DNA from: a virus
Taxonomy: Duplodnaviria > Caudoviricetes
IMG/VR virus record: IMGVR_UViG_3300012942_000020
Span: 1-41,726 of that record
DNA length: 41,726 nt
Direction: 5' to 3' (one strand)
Shown one piece after another: positions 27,611 through 35,839 of the stretch. The notes below the pieces were generated by a model that saw nothing but the letters and a program-made list of their open reading frames with translations, searched no databases and was not told the DNA's origin. A program made the position numbers and the translations under genes. Within the stretch, counting starts at the first letter, position 1. Every line of letters begins with the position of its first letter.

Positions 27611-28456
27611 TTATTTATTCCTTAATGATTTCTTGTATGCAACGACTTTAGAACGATCACCTGTACGTTCAGCTTCTTTTTCAAGTTGTGCAAGTTTACG
27701 ATCAGTAGTCTGATTTTCAACAGGAGCAACTTTACCTCTTACACCTTGTTCAGGTTTAGGAGCAGTATTTTTTCTATTCATTTTAATCTTACTTTCAAAC
27801 TTGCCTATTTCAGCAGCTAAACGAAATGGATCAGTAATCGAAGAAAGTCTATCAAGTTGATTCGGATTAGTACCTAATGCATAAACAACTAAAGCTTTGT
27901 TATCAGCAGCTCTAAGAATAGCAGAACCTACTTCTTTACTAACACTAGAAACAAATTCTTTTTCAGCTTCTTTAAAGTTTTTAACTTTCAAAGCTTTAGC
28001 TTGTTCATTATAAGCTGTTACTTGCTTAGCTTGTTTCTCTTTAATTTTCTCTAACTGCTTCGCTTTATTAGCTTCAATATCTTTAAGCTTTTGTTGACGA
28101 TCATAATAAGCAGCTAATTCTGCTTCATACTTATCAGTATCATAATCTAAAGCTTCAAGAGTAGGCTTTTCACCTAAGACAATCTCAGGCTCATTTTGAA
28201 CAGTTTGATTAACATTTGAATTAGATAATTGCTGTTTAGCTAATCGAAGTTCACGTCTTAAAGTCTTAATTGTTGAAGATTCATTAGAATGTTCTTCTGA
28301 GGACTGCGACTCCTCATCTTCACCATCAATTGAAATCTCTAATTCATCATCATCTTGTTGATTATCATCTTGACTGTCTGATTGATCAATTTGATCCTCA
28401 ACATTATCATCAATTAAATTATCAATTTCAAGATTATCTGCATTATCTAAAGACAT
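27611..28456 (-). CDS. Scaffolding protein
   Basis: Acidic N-terminus; KPTLEALDYD; C-terminal EAERTGDRSKVVAYKK coat-binding helix. Confidence 0.9.
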   Translation of the reverse strand: MSLDNADNLEIDNLIDDNVEDQIDQSDSQDDNQQDDDELEISIDGEDEESQSSEEHSNESSTIKTLRRELRLAKQQLSNSNVNQTVQNEPEIVLGEKPTLEALDYDTDKYEAELAAYYDRQQKLKDIEANKAKQLEKIKEKQAKQVTAYNEQAKALKVKNFKEAEKEFVSSVSKEVGSAILRAADNKALVVYALGTNPNQLDRLSSITDPFRLAAEIGKFESKIKMNRKNTAPKPEQGVRGKVAPVENQTTDRKLAQLEKEAERTGDRSKVVAYKKSLRNK

Positions 28457-28472
28457 TCTATATTCCTTATCT

Positions 28473-28496
28473 CAGATTTACGTGATCTGGCGCACG
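28473..28496 (-). promoter_or_regulatory. Compact H-type pseudoknot just before the scaffold RBS
   Basis: Minus strand cgtg-cgc-cagat-cacg-taa-atctg. Confidence 0.55.
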
Positions 28497-28503
28497 ATTA
28501 AAC

Positions 28504-30705
28504 TTATCTTCTACCTATGTTAACAAATCTATGTAATATAGATTTAAGTTTACTAGGATTAGAATTGGTAGCAACAGGTTGATTTGATTGACTATTATCA
28601 GACTTTTGCTCAATAGGTGTTTGCATAGTCTTTATAGTGTCAACCTTTTTCTGCCCTGTCTCAGCTTGCAGTTTACCAGCATTTGCAAGGTTTACAACAG
28701 CTTTTGTGCCTGCCTCCTTAGCTTCTGCCTGAGCCTTCATAGCCAAAGCCTCCTGATTATGTGCAGCAGCAATAGCTAATTGTTCTTCTGGCGATGGAGG
28801 TTGTTGAGACTGAATTTGCTGTTGTTTAGCTAATTCTTCTTTCTCATCATCAGTAGGTTGAGCAGCACCACTAATAAGCAACTGACCTCTAACATATGTT
28901 TGTAAATCTTCAATACCATCACCATCCATATTCATAAACATAGTTGATGCAATAATGCTACCAAGTGATTGATCAACAGGCATGATAATTTGCAAAGCAT
29001 TATAAAGAGATTTAACAGTCTTATCTCTCTTAACTTTAGTTTGCTCTGCTACATCAGCAATGACATTAAATTGACCTTTACCAATTTGATTTTTAATAAC
29101 TTGAATACCATTACTATCAGCAACTCTTTCATTGATAATAGCAGTACCATATTGCTCTTTTTGATTCTTATCAAAAGTTAAAGTAGTAACTTCTCTGCCT
29201 TCTTCAAAGTAAATATCTCTAGCCATAGCAAGATAGACTTCACCAGCTCTTTGCATTGATTGAGTCATATTATCAATATAAAGAGTAGCTTTATCATCAG
29301 TTCGTTCAGCAGCTATTTGCATAGCATCAGCAGAGACATTAGCTTTAACTTGTCCTGCACCATCATCACTATCAGTTAGTTCTTTAATATCTGCATTAGT
29401 TTGTTGAATTAATGCAGCAAGAACAGGTGATAATTGAGGAGGCTCAAGTTTACCAATAGGGCCAAGAGGTCGCTTATCTCCTGATGCTTCATCAATAACA
29501 GGATTAATAAGAGCATAAGGTGCTCTAGTAATATTGGCTTCTGCCCAACTATCTTCATGACCTTCGACTTGCTCAGGTGTAAATATAGGACGCTCAATTG
29601 GAGCAAGTGCAGCAGTTTCTGTGAGTTTGCTAATTTGTACATTGTAAACTCTCTGAGGGTCTTTAGCTAATCTGATATGTCCTTTAGCACGCTCTAAGTT
29701 ATCAATGAACATTCTTCTGCCATATACAGGGATGATCGGTATCATACCTCCTGCAATGAGCATACCTTCTTCACCTTCATCATTAAGAATGTCTTGACCA
29801 GATAATATCCATTTACGACATTCTTTACGCTTAATCTTTTTAGTACTAACTAAATCCCATCCAGTAATTTTTAAGTTTTTAATTATTGCTTTATAATCTT
29901 CATCAGAAGCATAGACAGATTGTTTCTGAGTAGGATTGAGCTTATTAACAAATTTATAGACAGTATCTTTAACATATTGCAGCCTATAATATTCAGCAAT
30001 AGTTACTACATCAGGCTTATACCAATCATAATAAGGTTTAACAAACAGCTTAGGCCATTCAGCTTGAACTTCATCACCATAAGACGATTTAAAGGCTTGC
30101 TTTGAAATATTAGTTAAAACAAAGCAAAATGCTGCATCTGATTTATCATAAAGCTTAGCATTAGGGTCCCAGAATACTGATTGATCAGCATCTACAATTG
30201 CTTGAAAGATTATTTTTTGTTGATCATTATCTTCATCTTGTTCATCACAATAAACATTAGTTAATCTAAAAGCACCATAGCCTCCAGCAGCAGCTTCAAT
30301 AAAAGCATTATCAGTTGCTTGTTGACCTTTAGATAAATAATAATCTGCTAAGAACATTCCATTTAATGTTGATGCAGCATCGCCTTTTTGTGATGGTCCT
30401 ACTGATCTAAAATTAACACTAATTCTATTAGCTTTATATTGATCAATAATATCTTCAAGACCTTGAGCAGCTTTATTAATTTCTACTTTAATAGAATTTT
30501 CAAATAAAGCTCCCCAATCACCTTCCCATTGAGCACCAGTAATAAAAGCAAATCTTCTATCTTCTAATGCTTGTGCTCTTTCTGATTGTTGAGAAATCCA
30601 AATAGAGTCGAAGTCTCTAAGAGCTTCTCCTAAAATACCTTCTGTATCTGCATAATTAAATACAGGATCAGTCTGCATACTTGTTTGAGGTGCATTATTA
30701 CCCAT
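28504..30705 (-). CDS. Portal protein, P22 gp1-like
   Basis: EDRRFAFITGAQW, VFWDPNAKLYDKSDA, IPIIPVYG, GHIRLAKDPQR. Confidence 0.95.
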   Translation of the reverse strand: MGNNAPQTSMQTDPVFNYADTEGILGEALRDFDSIWISQQSERAQALEDRRFAFITGAQWEGDWGALFENSIKVEINKAAQGLEDIIDQYKANRISVNFRSVGPSQKGDAASTLNGMFLADYYLSKGQQATDNAFIEAAAGGYGAFRLTNVYCDEQDEDNDQQKIIFQAIVDADQSVFWDPNAKLYDKSDAAFCFVLTNISKQAFKSSYGDEVQAEWPKLFVKPYYDWYKPDVVTIAEYYRLQYVKDTVYKFVNKLNPTQKQSVYASDEDYKAIIKNLKITGWDLVSTKKIKRKECRKWILSGQDILNDEGEEGMLIAGGMIPIIPVYGRRMFIDNLERAKGHIRLAKDPQRVYNVQISKLTETAALAPIERPIFTPEQVEGHEDSWAEANITRAPYALINPVIDEASGDKRPLGPIGKLEPPQLSPVLAALIQQTNADIKELTDSDDGAGQVKANVSADAMQIAAERTDDKATLYIDNMTQSMQRAGEVYLAMARDIYFEEGREVTTLTFDKNQKEQYGTAIINERVADSNGIQVIKNQIGKGQFNVIADVAEQTKVKRDKTVKSLYNALQIIMPVDQSLGSIIASTMFMNMDGDGIEDLQTYVRGQLLISGAAQPTDDEKEELAKQQQIQSQQPPSPEEQLAIAAAHNQEALAMKAQAEAKEAGTKAVVNLANAGKLQAETGQKKVDTIKTMQTPIEQKSDNSQSNQPVATNSNPSKLKSILHRFVNIGRR

Positions 30706-32628
30706 TTATTTATTCCTATTAAATGGTGTTATAGTCTTAGGAAGCTTAACAATTTTACTAGGCTTAAACTTCTTAATTGTAATTTGATCAATAACTCTAC
30801 CAATTAAAGATAAGTTATCAACATCATCATCATGTTTACCAGCAGGGAATTTAACATATTCTTCAATGACTTGATCATATTCTACCCCCTCAGGTATATA
30901 AACTCTACCTTCAGTTACTAATGTTTGAGCAGGTCTTGCTCTAATTTCTTTTGCTTTACTTGAAGGTAGCCAATCATATTTACATGATAATCTTCTAGGC
31001 TTCCAGTTACGCATACTTTCTAATAAAGAAGGTTCAACAGCTTGTTGTATTGCACCAGCTTCACCAAACCATTTTAATGGTTGATACTTCTCTATTAATT
31101 TACATTGTTCTCTAATCCATTTATCTGATTTAGTTTTATTCTTCCAGCCATCAATTAAATATAAATCAGGAGGGTCAACATTATCATCAATCGCCCATAT
31201 GCGCAATACAGTATAATCACCCTTACCATCACTTACAGCATAATCTGATGTGCCATATTTGCGCATATCTCCTATATAGTTATGTAATGATTTAGGATCA
31301 TATCTTTTAAAGCTATCTCTAGAGAAGTAAATACCATCACCAGCAGTTGGCTTTTGTTGATATAAACTAGCCCATGTTCTAGGATCACTTCTAAATGGTT
31401 TCCAGTGATCTAATGGATCACCAGTTGCTAAACCAAACCATTCAGGCCAAAGAGACTCGCCTATCTTTCTTTGTAATGGATCATCTTCTCTATCACATAT
31501 AGCTGGTAAGCAAATTACTCGCCATCTTCTACCATCTCTACCTTCAAAATCTCCTGACTCTCCATCCCAATTATCTGGAAGTATTCTACCTGCTAAATCA
31601 TTTTCATTCCATCTAGTCATAATCATGACTTGAGGTGCGCCGGGCTTTAAACGAGTACAGAAGTTTCTTTCATAAGCTTGCCAAGACTTCTTCTGCATAA
31701 CTTCTGAGTCTGCATCTTCTGCACCTTTAACAGGATCATCAATGATACCTAGATCAGCACGACGTGATGTAATCTCACCAAATAAACCTCTTGATAAGAA
31801 TGATGAGCCATTACTTAATGCAAAGTTATCAACAGCAGTTCTATCTCTTGATAACCTAACATTAGGAAATAAATTCTGATAATCTTTACTATTAATAAGT
31901 GACTTAACTTTTCTAGCCTGATTTTGTGCAGGTTCATCACCATAAGATGCAAGAATTACTGCCTTTCTAGGATATTTAGCCATAAACCATGAGCCAAATA
32001 CAACATCAACATAAGTTGATTTAGCAGAACCAGGAGGCATAAAGAACATTATATTATCAAATGTTCTTTGATTAGGTTTTAAATCAACTAGTTTCTGTAA
32101 CTCTGTACACATTAATAAATGATGATCAGCTAAGCTATCTAATTTAATAGTACTAAAACTATCAATATTATCATCATCAATAGGAGTATCAGGAATATCA
32201 ATCATACATGCATAATCAACTAAACTAGATAATGCAAGTTTTTGTCTAGCAGCAATAACAAGTTGAGGATCAATCTTTATTTTATTAATATCAATGTTGT
32301 TATTGTTAGATTGAGTAGTAAAGTCAGTTTTTGAAATTTTTTTAGAAATTTTATCATTATTTGAAAAAGTTTTAGAAATTTTAGGGAGATTAATATCAAT
32401 ATCACCATCCCGCAACTCAATCGTGCCACTACCCCCCTCATTCTCTATACTATCATTACTCTTAATGATTACTTCATCATTACTTATAACTACATGATTA
32501 GTTATAGTCTTAGGCTTGTTCTTACTACCTTTAGGTCTGCCTTTGCCTCTTATTACTTTATCTAAATCAGTATTAAGTTTTCTAGGTCTACCTCTAGGTC
32601 TTTTAATACTATTAATATCATTGCTCAT
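30706..32628 (-). CDS. terL: Terminase large subunit with AT-hook N-terminal extension
   Basis: MPPGSAKS, IIDDPVKG, MTRW, YQQKP, FPAGKHDDDVD; AGGTGA before ATG 32628. Confidence 0.93.
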   Translation of the reverse strand: MSNDINSIKRPRGRPRKLNTDLDKVIRGKGRPKGSKNKPKTITNHVVISNDEVIIKSNDSIENEGGSGTIELRDGDIDINLPKISKTFSNNDKISKKISKTDFTTQSNNNNIDINKIKIDPQLVIAARQKLALSSLVDYACMIDIPDTPIDDDNIDSFSTIKLDSLADHHLLMCTELQKLVDLKPNQRTFDNIMFFMPPGSAKSTYVDVVFGSWFMAKYPRKAVILASYGDEPAQNQARKVKSLINSKDYQNLFPNVRLSRDRTAVDNFALSNGSSFLSRGLFGEITSRRADLGIIDDPVKGAEDADSEVMQKKSWQAYERNFCTRLKPGAPQVMIMTRWNENDLAGRILPDNWDGESGDFEGRDGRRWRVICLPAICDREDDPLQRKIGESLWPEWFGLATGDPLDHWKPFRSDPRTWASLYQQKPTAGDGIYFSRDSFKRYDPKSLHNYIGDMRKYGTSDYAVSDGKGDYTVLRIWAIDDNVDPPDLYLIDGWKNKTKSDKWIREQCKLIEKYQPLKWFGEAGAIQQAVEPSLLESMRNWKPRRLSCKYDWLPSSKAKEIRARPAQTLVTEGRVYIPEGVEYDQVIEEYVKFPAGKHDDDVDNLSLIGRVIDQITIKKFKPSKIVKLPKTITPFNRNK

Positions 32629-33136
32629 TACTTTGATCACCTAACAATTGCATAGATGCTAATGCTTTCAACTGATCATTACTCATATTTGTAAGTAATA
32701 CATTATATCTATTATTACTATTAATGTTCAATTGATTATTACTTTGCTGTTGCTCACTAAACTGTTTAGGCAACATGTTCTTTAGCTTCCATTGCATGTT
32801 CTTAAGCATTAAAGAAGTACGAGCAACATTTAGACCTGAATCTTGAACAATTCCATTTACAACTGCGCTTTCTATCCTCCCCTCTGCTATCTCATCAAGC
32901 CTTTGTAATATAACACTTAATACATTATCTCTCGCATTTTCTAACCTCTCTAATAACTCATCTGATATTTTATATTCCTCAATATTATTTAATATACGAT
33001 AAAGGAATGCCTCATTAACATGCGCTTGCTTGCACGCATTAGCTATTGATATTGCTTCTCCTTTTGACGCTGCATCATTTAGCTGATCGATCACAGCTTC
33101 AACCTGTCTTGTGACTCGCTCATAGTCTCTAATCAT
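32618..33136 (-). CDS. terS: Terminase small subunit
   Basis: N-terminal HTH, W.L..M.PK.F motif; directly upstream of TerL. Confidence 0.75.
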   Translation of the reverse strand: MIRDYERVTRQVEAVIDQLNDAASKGEAISIANACKQAHVNEAFLYRILNNIEEYKISDELLERLENARDNVLSVILQRLDEIAEGRIESAVVNGIVQDSGLNVARTSLMLKNMQWKLKNMLPKQFSEQQQSNNQLNINSNNRYNVLLTNMSNDQLKALASMQLLGDQSNEQ

Positions 33137-33396
33137 TATTCACCTATTATATGGGATATTATGAGGCATTATTTTATAGCCTCTCCCGCCTCATTATACG
33201 CGCTTATATGCCTATGTCATGCGCCTTATGTGCATATATGTCACACACACATTCTTTATATAAAAATAGATCATTATATAATTGACTTGTTCAATTCATT
33301 TGTTCTCACAACTATTTTAATTTGTATTATTTATAAATATATATCTTATGATCAATGATTGATTTAACATTAGTATGATATTACCTCAAATACCAT

Positions 33397-33588
33397 GAAC
33401 ATATATAGAATATATAATGAACAAAACAAATACCCCTTAGATTATGGAAATGAGGATAGAACGCCCTTGAACATGTTTTATATGGCAAGGTAGCCTAAAA
33501 CATTTATATGGCTTGTATGGCCTTCTATGAGCGATTTAGAGCTATTTCTTGTTTTGTTCTATTTTAGCTATTTGTTCTTATTTTGTTT
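33397..33588. promoter_or_regulatory. Clusters of degenerate alphaproteobacterial LexA-like boxes
   Basis: GAAC-N7-GAAT-N7-GAAC (33397-33422); TTTC-N7-GTTC (33545-33559); GTTC-N7-GTTT (33574-33588). Confidence 0.4.
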
Positions 33589-33637
33589 TAATACCAATTA
33601 CAGATATGTGTGACATATATAACCATATTTAAATATG

Positions 33638-33669
33638 AGCCTTGATCATGCTTCAAAAGCCTTGATCAT
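33638..33669. repeat. Direct repeat agccttgatcat x2 upstream of the early promoter
   Basis: 12-bp copies 20 bp apart. Confidence 0.7.
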
Positions 33670-33687
33670 ATTTGTTCAGGCATTAAC

Positions 33688-33715
33688 TTGACATACATAT
33701 TTATGCGCCTATAAT
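33688..33715 (+). promoter_or_regulatory. Strong early sigma70 promoter
   Basis: TTGACA-N16-TATAAT, both hexamers perfect. Confidence 0.9.
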
Positions 33716-33750
33716 GTGTATCAATGAGGGGCGAGTTATGTCCTGATTTA

Positions 33751-33784
33751 TGGTCTTTGACATTGTTTAAATCCCTTAGAGCCT
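33751..33784 (+). promoter_or_regulatory. boxA-like element and 5' arm of leader-trailer helix 1
   Basis: tggtctttgacattgtttaaatcccttagagcct; complementary to 34049-34082. Confidence 0.8.
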
Positions 33785-33809
33785 TTCAGCAATGAAAGGG
33801 CCTAAAACT

Positions 33810-34040
33810 ATGCACTATAATGTAAACTATGAAGGCTTAGATGAAATATCTAAATACAACAAAGCAATCGCTGATATTAAAGATTATTTAGGCGATGCAA
33901 AGTTTGATCAAATCACTAAAGAGTTTATGCGATTTGATCAAAAGGATATGCCTCTTGAAAAGTTTGAGTGTTATATAAGCTTAGCAGGTATTCAAGGATA
34001 CCCTGTTAAAGCTTTATATAACTACTGCTATTCTCTTTAA
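33810..34040 (+). CDS. Early hypothetical protein 1 (76 aa)
   Basis: GAAAGGG before ATG 33810, preferred over 33792; enclosed by helix 1. Confidence 0.75.
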   Translation: MHYNVNYEGLDEISKYNKAIADIKDYLGDAKFDQITKEFMRFDQKDMPLEKFECYISLAGIQGYPVKALYNYCYSL

Positions 34041-34048
34041 TAACTACT

Positions 34049-34082
34049 AGGCTTTAAGGGATTTAATCAGTGTCAAAGGCTA
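34049..34082 (+). repeat. 3' arm of leader-trailer helix 1
   Basis: aggctttaagggatttaatcagtgtcaaaggcta. Confidence 0.85.
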
Positions 34083-34083
34083 A

Positions 34084-34115
34084 GGTCTTTGAAATTGTTA
34101 ATCAGCATATAGAAC
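34084..34115 (+). promoter_or_regulatory. boxA-like element and 5' arm of helix 2
   Basis: ggtctttgaaattgttaatcagcatatagaac; complementary to 34361-34391. Confidence 0.8.
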
Positions 34116-34141
34116 GTTTCTCAAAGAAAGGACTATAAGTC

Positions 34142-34336
34142 ATGTCTCAATTCGTTAAGAATATTGAACAATCTCTCACAAAGCTTTTTGCTATGTGGCA
34201 AGTCAACGCCAAAGTAACTAATGTTACTGTTAATGAAAATGATGTAACTGTATCCTGCATCTGTAATGATCAAGCTTATAAGTTTGATTATATTCAACAT
34301 GCAAATGGTGACGTTTGGTTTAAACCGTCTCACTAA
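34142..34336 (+). CDS. Early hypothetical protein 2 (64 aa)
   Basis: AAGGA RBS; enclosed by helix 2. Confidence 0.75.
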   Translation: MSQFVKNIEQSLTKLFAMWQVNAKVTNVTVNENDVTVSCICNDQAYKFDYIQHANGDVWFKPSH

Positions 34337-34360
34337 TCACTAACTAAAAACTACCTTCAG

Positions 34361-34391
34361 GTTCTATATGTTGATTTACAGTTTCAAGTCC
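34361..34391 (+). repeat. 3' arm of helix 2
   Basis: gttctatatgttgatttacagtttcaagtcc. Confidence 0.85.
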
Positions 34392-34417
34392 TGAAACTGT
34401 ACTAAGCCATATGGCTT

Positions 34418-34481
34418 TGCTCTTTAACATTGTAAATCATCTTAATCGCCTAGCGCTGAAAAACTGCGACTAGGGATTAAG
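34418..34481 (+). promoter_or_regulatory. Canonical boxA followed by a hairpin
   Basis: TGCTCTTTAACA at 34418-34429; cttaatcgcctag...ctagggattaag. Confidence 0.75.
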
Positions 34482-34508
34482 TCATATCTGTGAAAAGGAA
34501 AAACTACC

Positions 34509-35417
34509 ATGACTAAGCAAGTCGAAAACAAGCAAGTTGTCCCTGCTAATCATCCTTCTAACCTCACTGAGTTAGGCCAGAATGCTATCAAGCTTTTGAA
34601 TGAAGGCGACAGCAAGAAGGGCAAGGGCATTAGCATCATGACTTATGTTATCGCTCAGGCGTGGCATTCAAAATCATTTGAAGTCACGCTTAATGTCAAT
34701 GGCCCGCAACTTTATAGCTTCACACTTGAAGATGTGCTCCATGGCAATAAACTGGTGCGTGAAGATGGCAAAATCAACAATAAATTGAGCAAGCTGCGGG
34801 TGATTACTATTGCGCGTGAATTGTTTGGCGTTATTGGTAACGTCAAGACTAACACCAAGACCGGTCGCGAAGAAGTCGAATACTTCACGGCTTCACAGCG
34901 TAACAGTTTCCAAAAGGCTCTTAAGCTTATTGGTGACCTCATTAAGTTAAATATTCGTCTTTATGATGAAGTAAAGCTTGATGAAAAGACTAACACGCTG
35001 ATGCTTCCCCAATGGGTATTCTTTGGGCAACCGACTAATGTTCACTTGAAGGCCGTTTGGGAAAAGACAAAACATGACATTATGCCTATTGGGTCTTTTG
35101 AAGATTTGTTGCGTAATGTTGACAAAGAAATGGTGTCACGTAAGTTGAAAGACAAGCGTGGGACAGGTTCTAAAAAAGACCCTGAACAAGTCTTGAGTGA
35201 CAGTCTGACAACTGTAGCAGGTGAGGCAAGGCGTCTTACTAATGATATCATCACTGGTAAGGATGGTTTAACGCCTTCACTCAAGACAAAGTACATGAAC
35301 ACCTTTCTCGCTCTGAAAAAGTTGTTTGAAGCTGAAGATATTGCCGAGGCTAAGGCTAAGGAACAAGAAGAAAAGGAAATGAAGGCAAAGCAAGCTAAAC
35401 TTGCTAAGGCTTCGTAA
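34509..35417 (+). CDS. Early hypothetical protein 3 (302 aa)
   Basis: AAAGGA RBS; more GC-rich codon use, no AGA codons seen. Confidence 0.85.
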   Translation: MTKQVENKQVVPANHPSNLTELGQNAIKLLNEGDSKKGKGISIMTYVIAQAWHSKSFEVTLNVNGPQLYSFTLEDVLHGNKLVREDGKINNKLSKLRVITIARELFGVIGNVKTNTKTGREEVEYFTASQRNSFQKALKLIGDLIKLNIRLYDEVKLDEKTNTLMLPQWVFFGQPTNVHLKAVWEKTKHDIMPIGSFEDLLRNVDKEMVSRKLKDKRGTGSKKDPEQVLSDSLTTVAGEARRLTNDIITGKDGLTPSLKTKYMNTFLALKKLFEAEDIAEAKAKEQEEKEMKAKQAKLAKAS

Positions 35418-35429
35418 TCACTAACAACT

Positions 35430-35465
35430 AATAGCCTAGTGTCTCAGATGCTAGGCTATTGTTTT
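35430..35465 (+). terminator. Intrinsic terminator
   Basis: aatagcctagtgtc/gatgctaggctatt followed by gtttt. Confidence 0.75.
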
Positions 35466-35482
35466 AACTAAAGGATGAAATC

Positions 35483-35707
35483 ATGCGTTGGCGTAAAATT
35501 GACGAAGCATATAAAACAATTCAGCATAATAAGAGCTGTCTTGTTTATTGTGCAGGTAATAGGTGTATATATACAGCATATTATGATGAAAATCATATAT
35601 GGAAACATTTTTGCTCTGGAGATAGCTTAAATGAATTTTATAAAATAACTCATTTTATGGAATTACCTTATGCCCCTTATGAATTACAAGAATTTGTAAA
35701 ATGCTAG
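35483..35707 (+). CDS. DUF551-like protein
   Basis: W.KI...P-like start and ITHFMELP end. Confidence 0.7.
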   Translation: MRWRKIDEAYKTIQHNKSCLVYCAGNRCIYTAYYDENHIWKHFCSGDSLNEFYKITHFMELPYAPYELQEFVKC

Positions 35708-35802
35708 GCTTATCTATCAGGCAAATCATTCAAGGCGTGATGTTTGGTTTAATTGCCTTCTACGTCACATACCTGTTTATATATGCTCTTTGTTGTTTAT
35801 AA
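35701..35802 (+). CDS. 33-aa single-TM peptide (not in ORF track)
   Basis: MLGLSIRQIIQGVMFGLIAFYVTYLFIYALCCL; ends right before the terminator. Confidence 0.55.
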   Translation: MLGLSIRQIIQGVMFGLIAFYVTYLFIYALCCL

Positions 35803-35805
35803 CAT

Positions 35806-35839
35806 AACCCCCTAGGCTTTACAGCTTAGGGGGTTTTTT
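35806..35839 (+). terminator. Intrinsic terminator
   Basis: aaccccctaggc/gcttagggggtt followed by a T run. Confidence 0.9.

Noticed and set aside
26299-30105. Plus-strand ORFs 26299-26751, 27136-27327, 27418-27651, 28588-28779, 28969-29181, 29920-30105 and out-of-frame 29409-29642
   Set aside because: They are shadows of coat, scaffold and portal with atypical composition.
33161-33358. 65-aa ORF in the divergent control region
   Set aside because: Low-complexity composition and weak RBS; it overlaps the expected late promoter region.
33751-34391. Inverted repeats as IS/MITE ends, invertible segments or integron attC sites
   Set aside because: No transposase or recombinase and no target duplications; the mismatches are G-U compatible on the transcribed strand, which favours RNA helices.
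33751-34440. Three related repeats as a CRISPR or mini-array
   Set aside because: The ~330-bp spacing is filled with ORFs, the repeats are divergent and there is no cas operon; the Cas4-like nuclease belongs to the recombination module.
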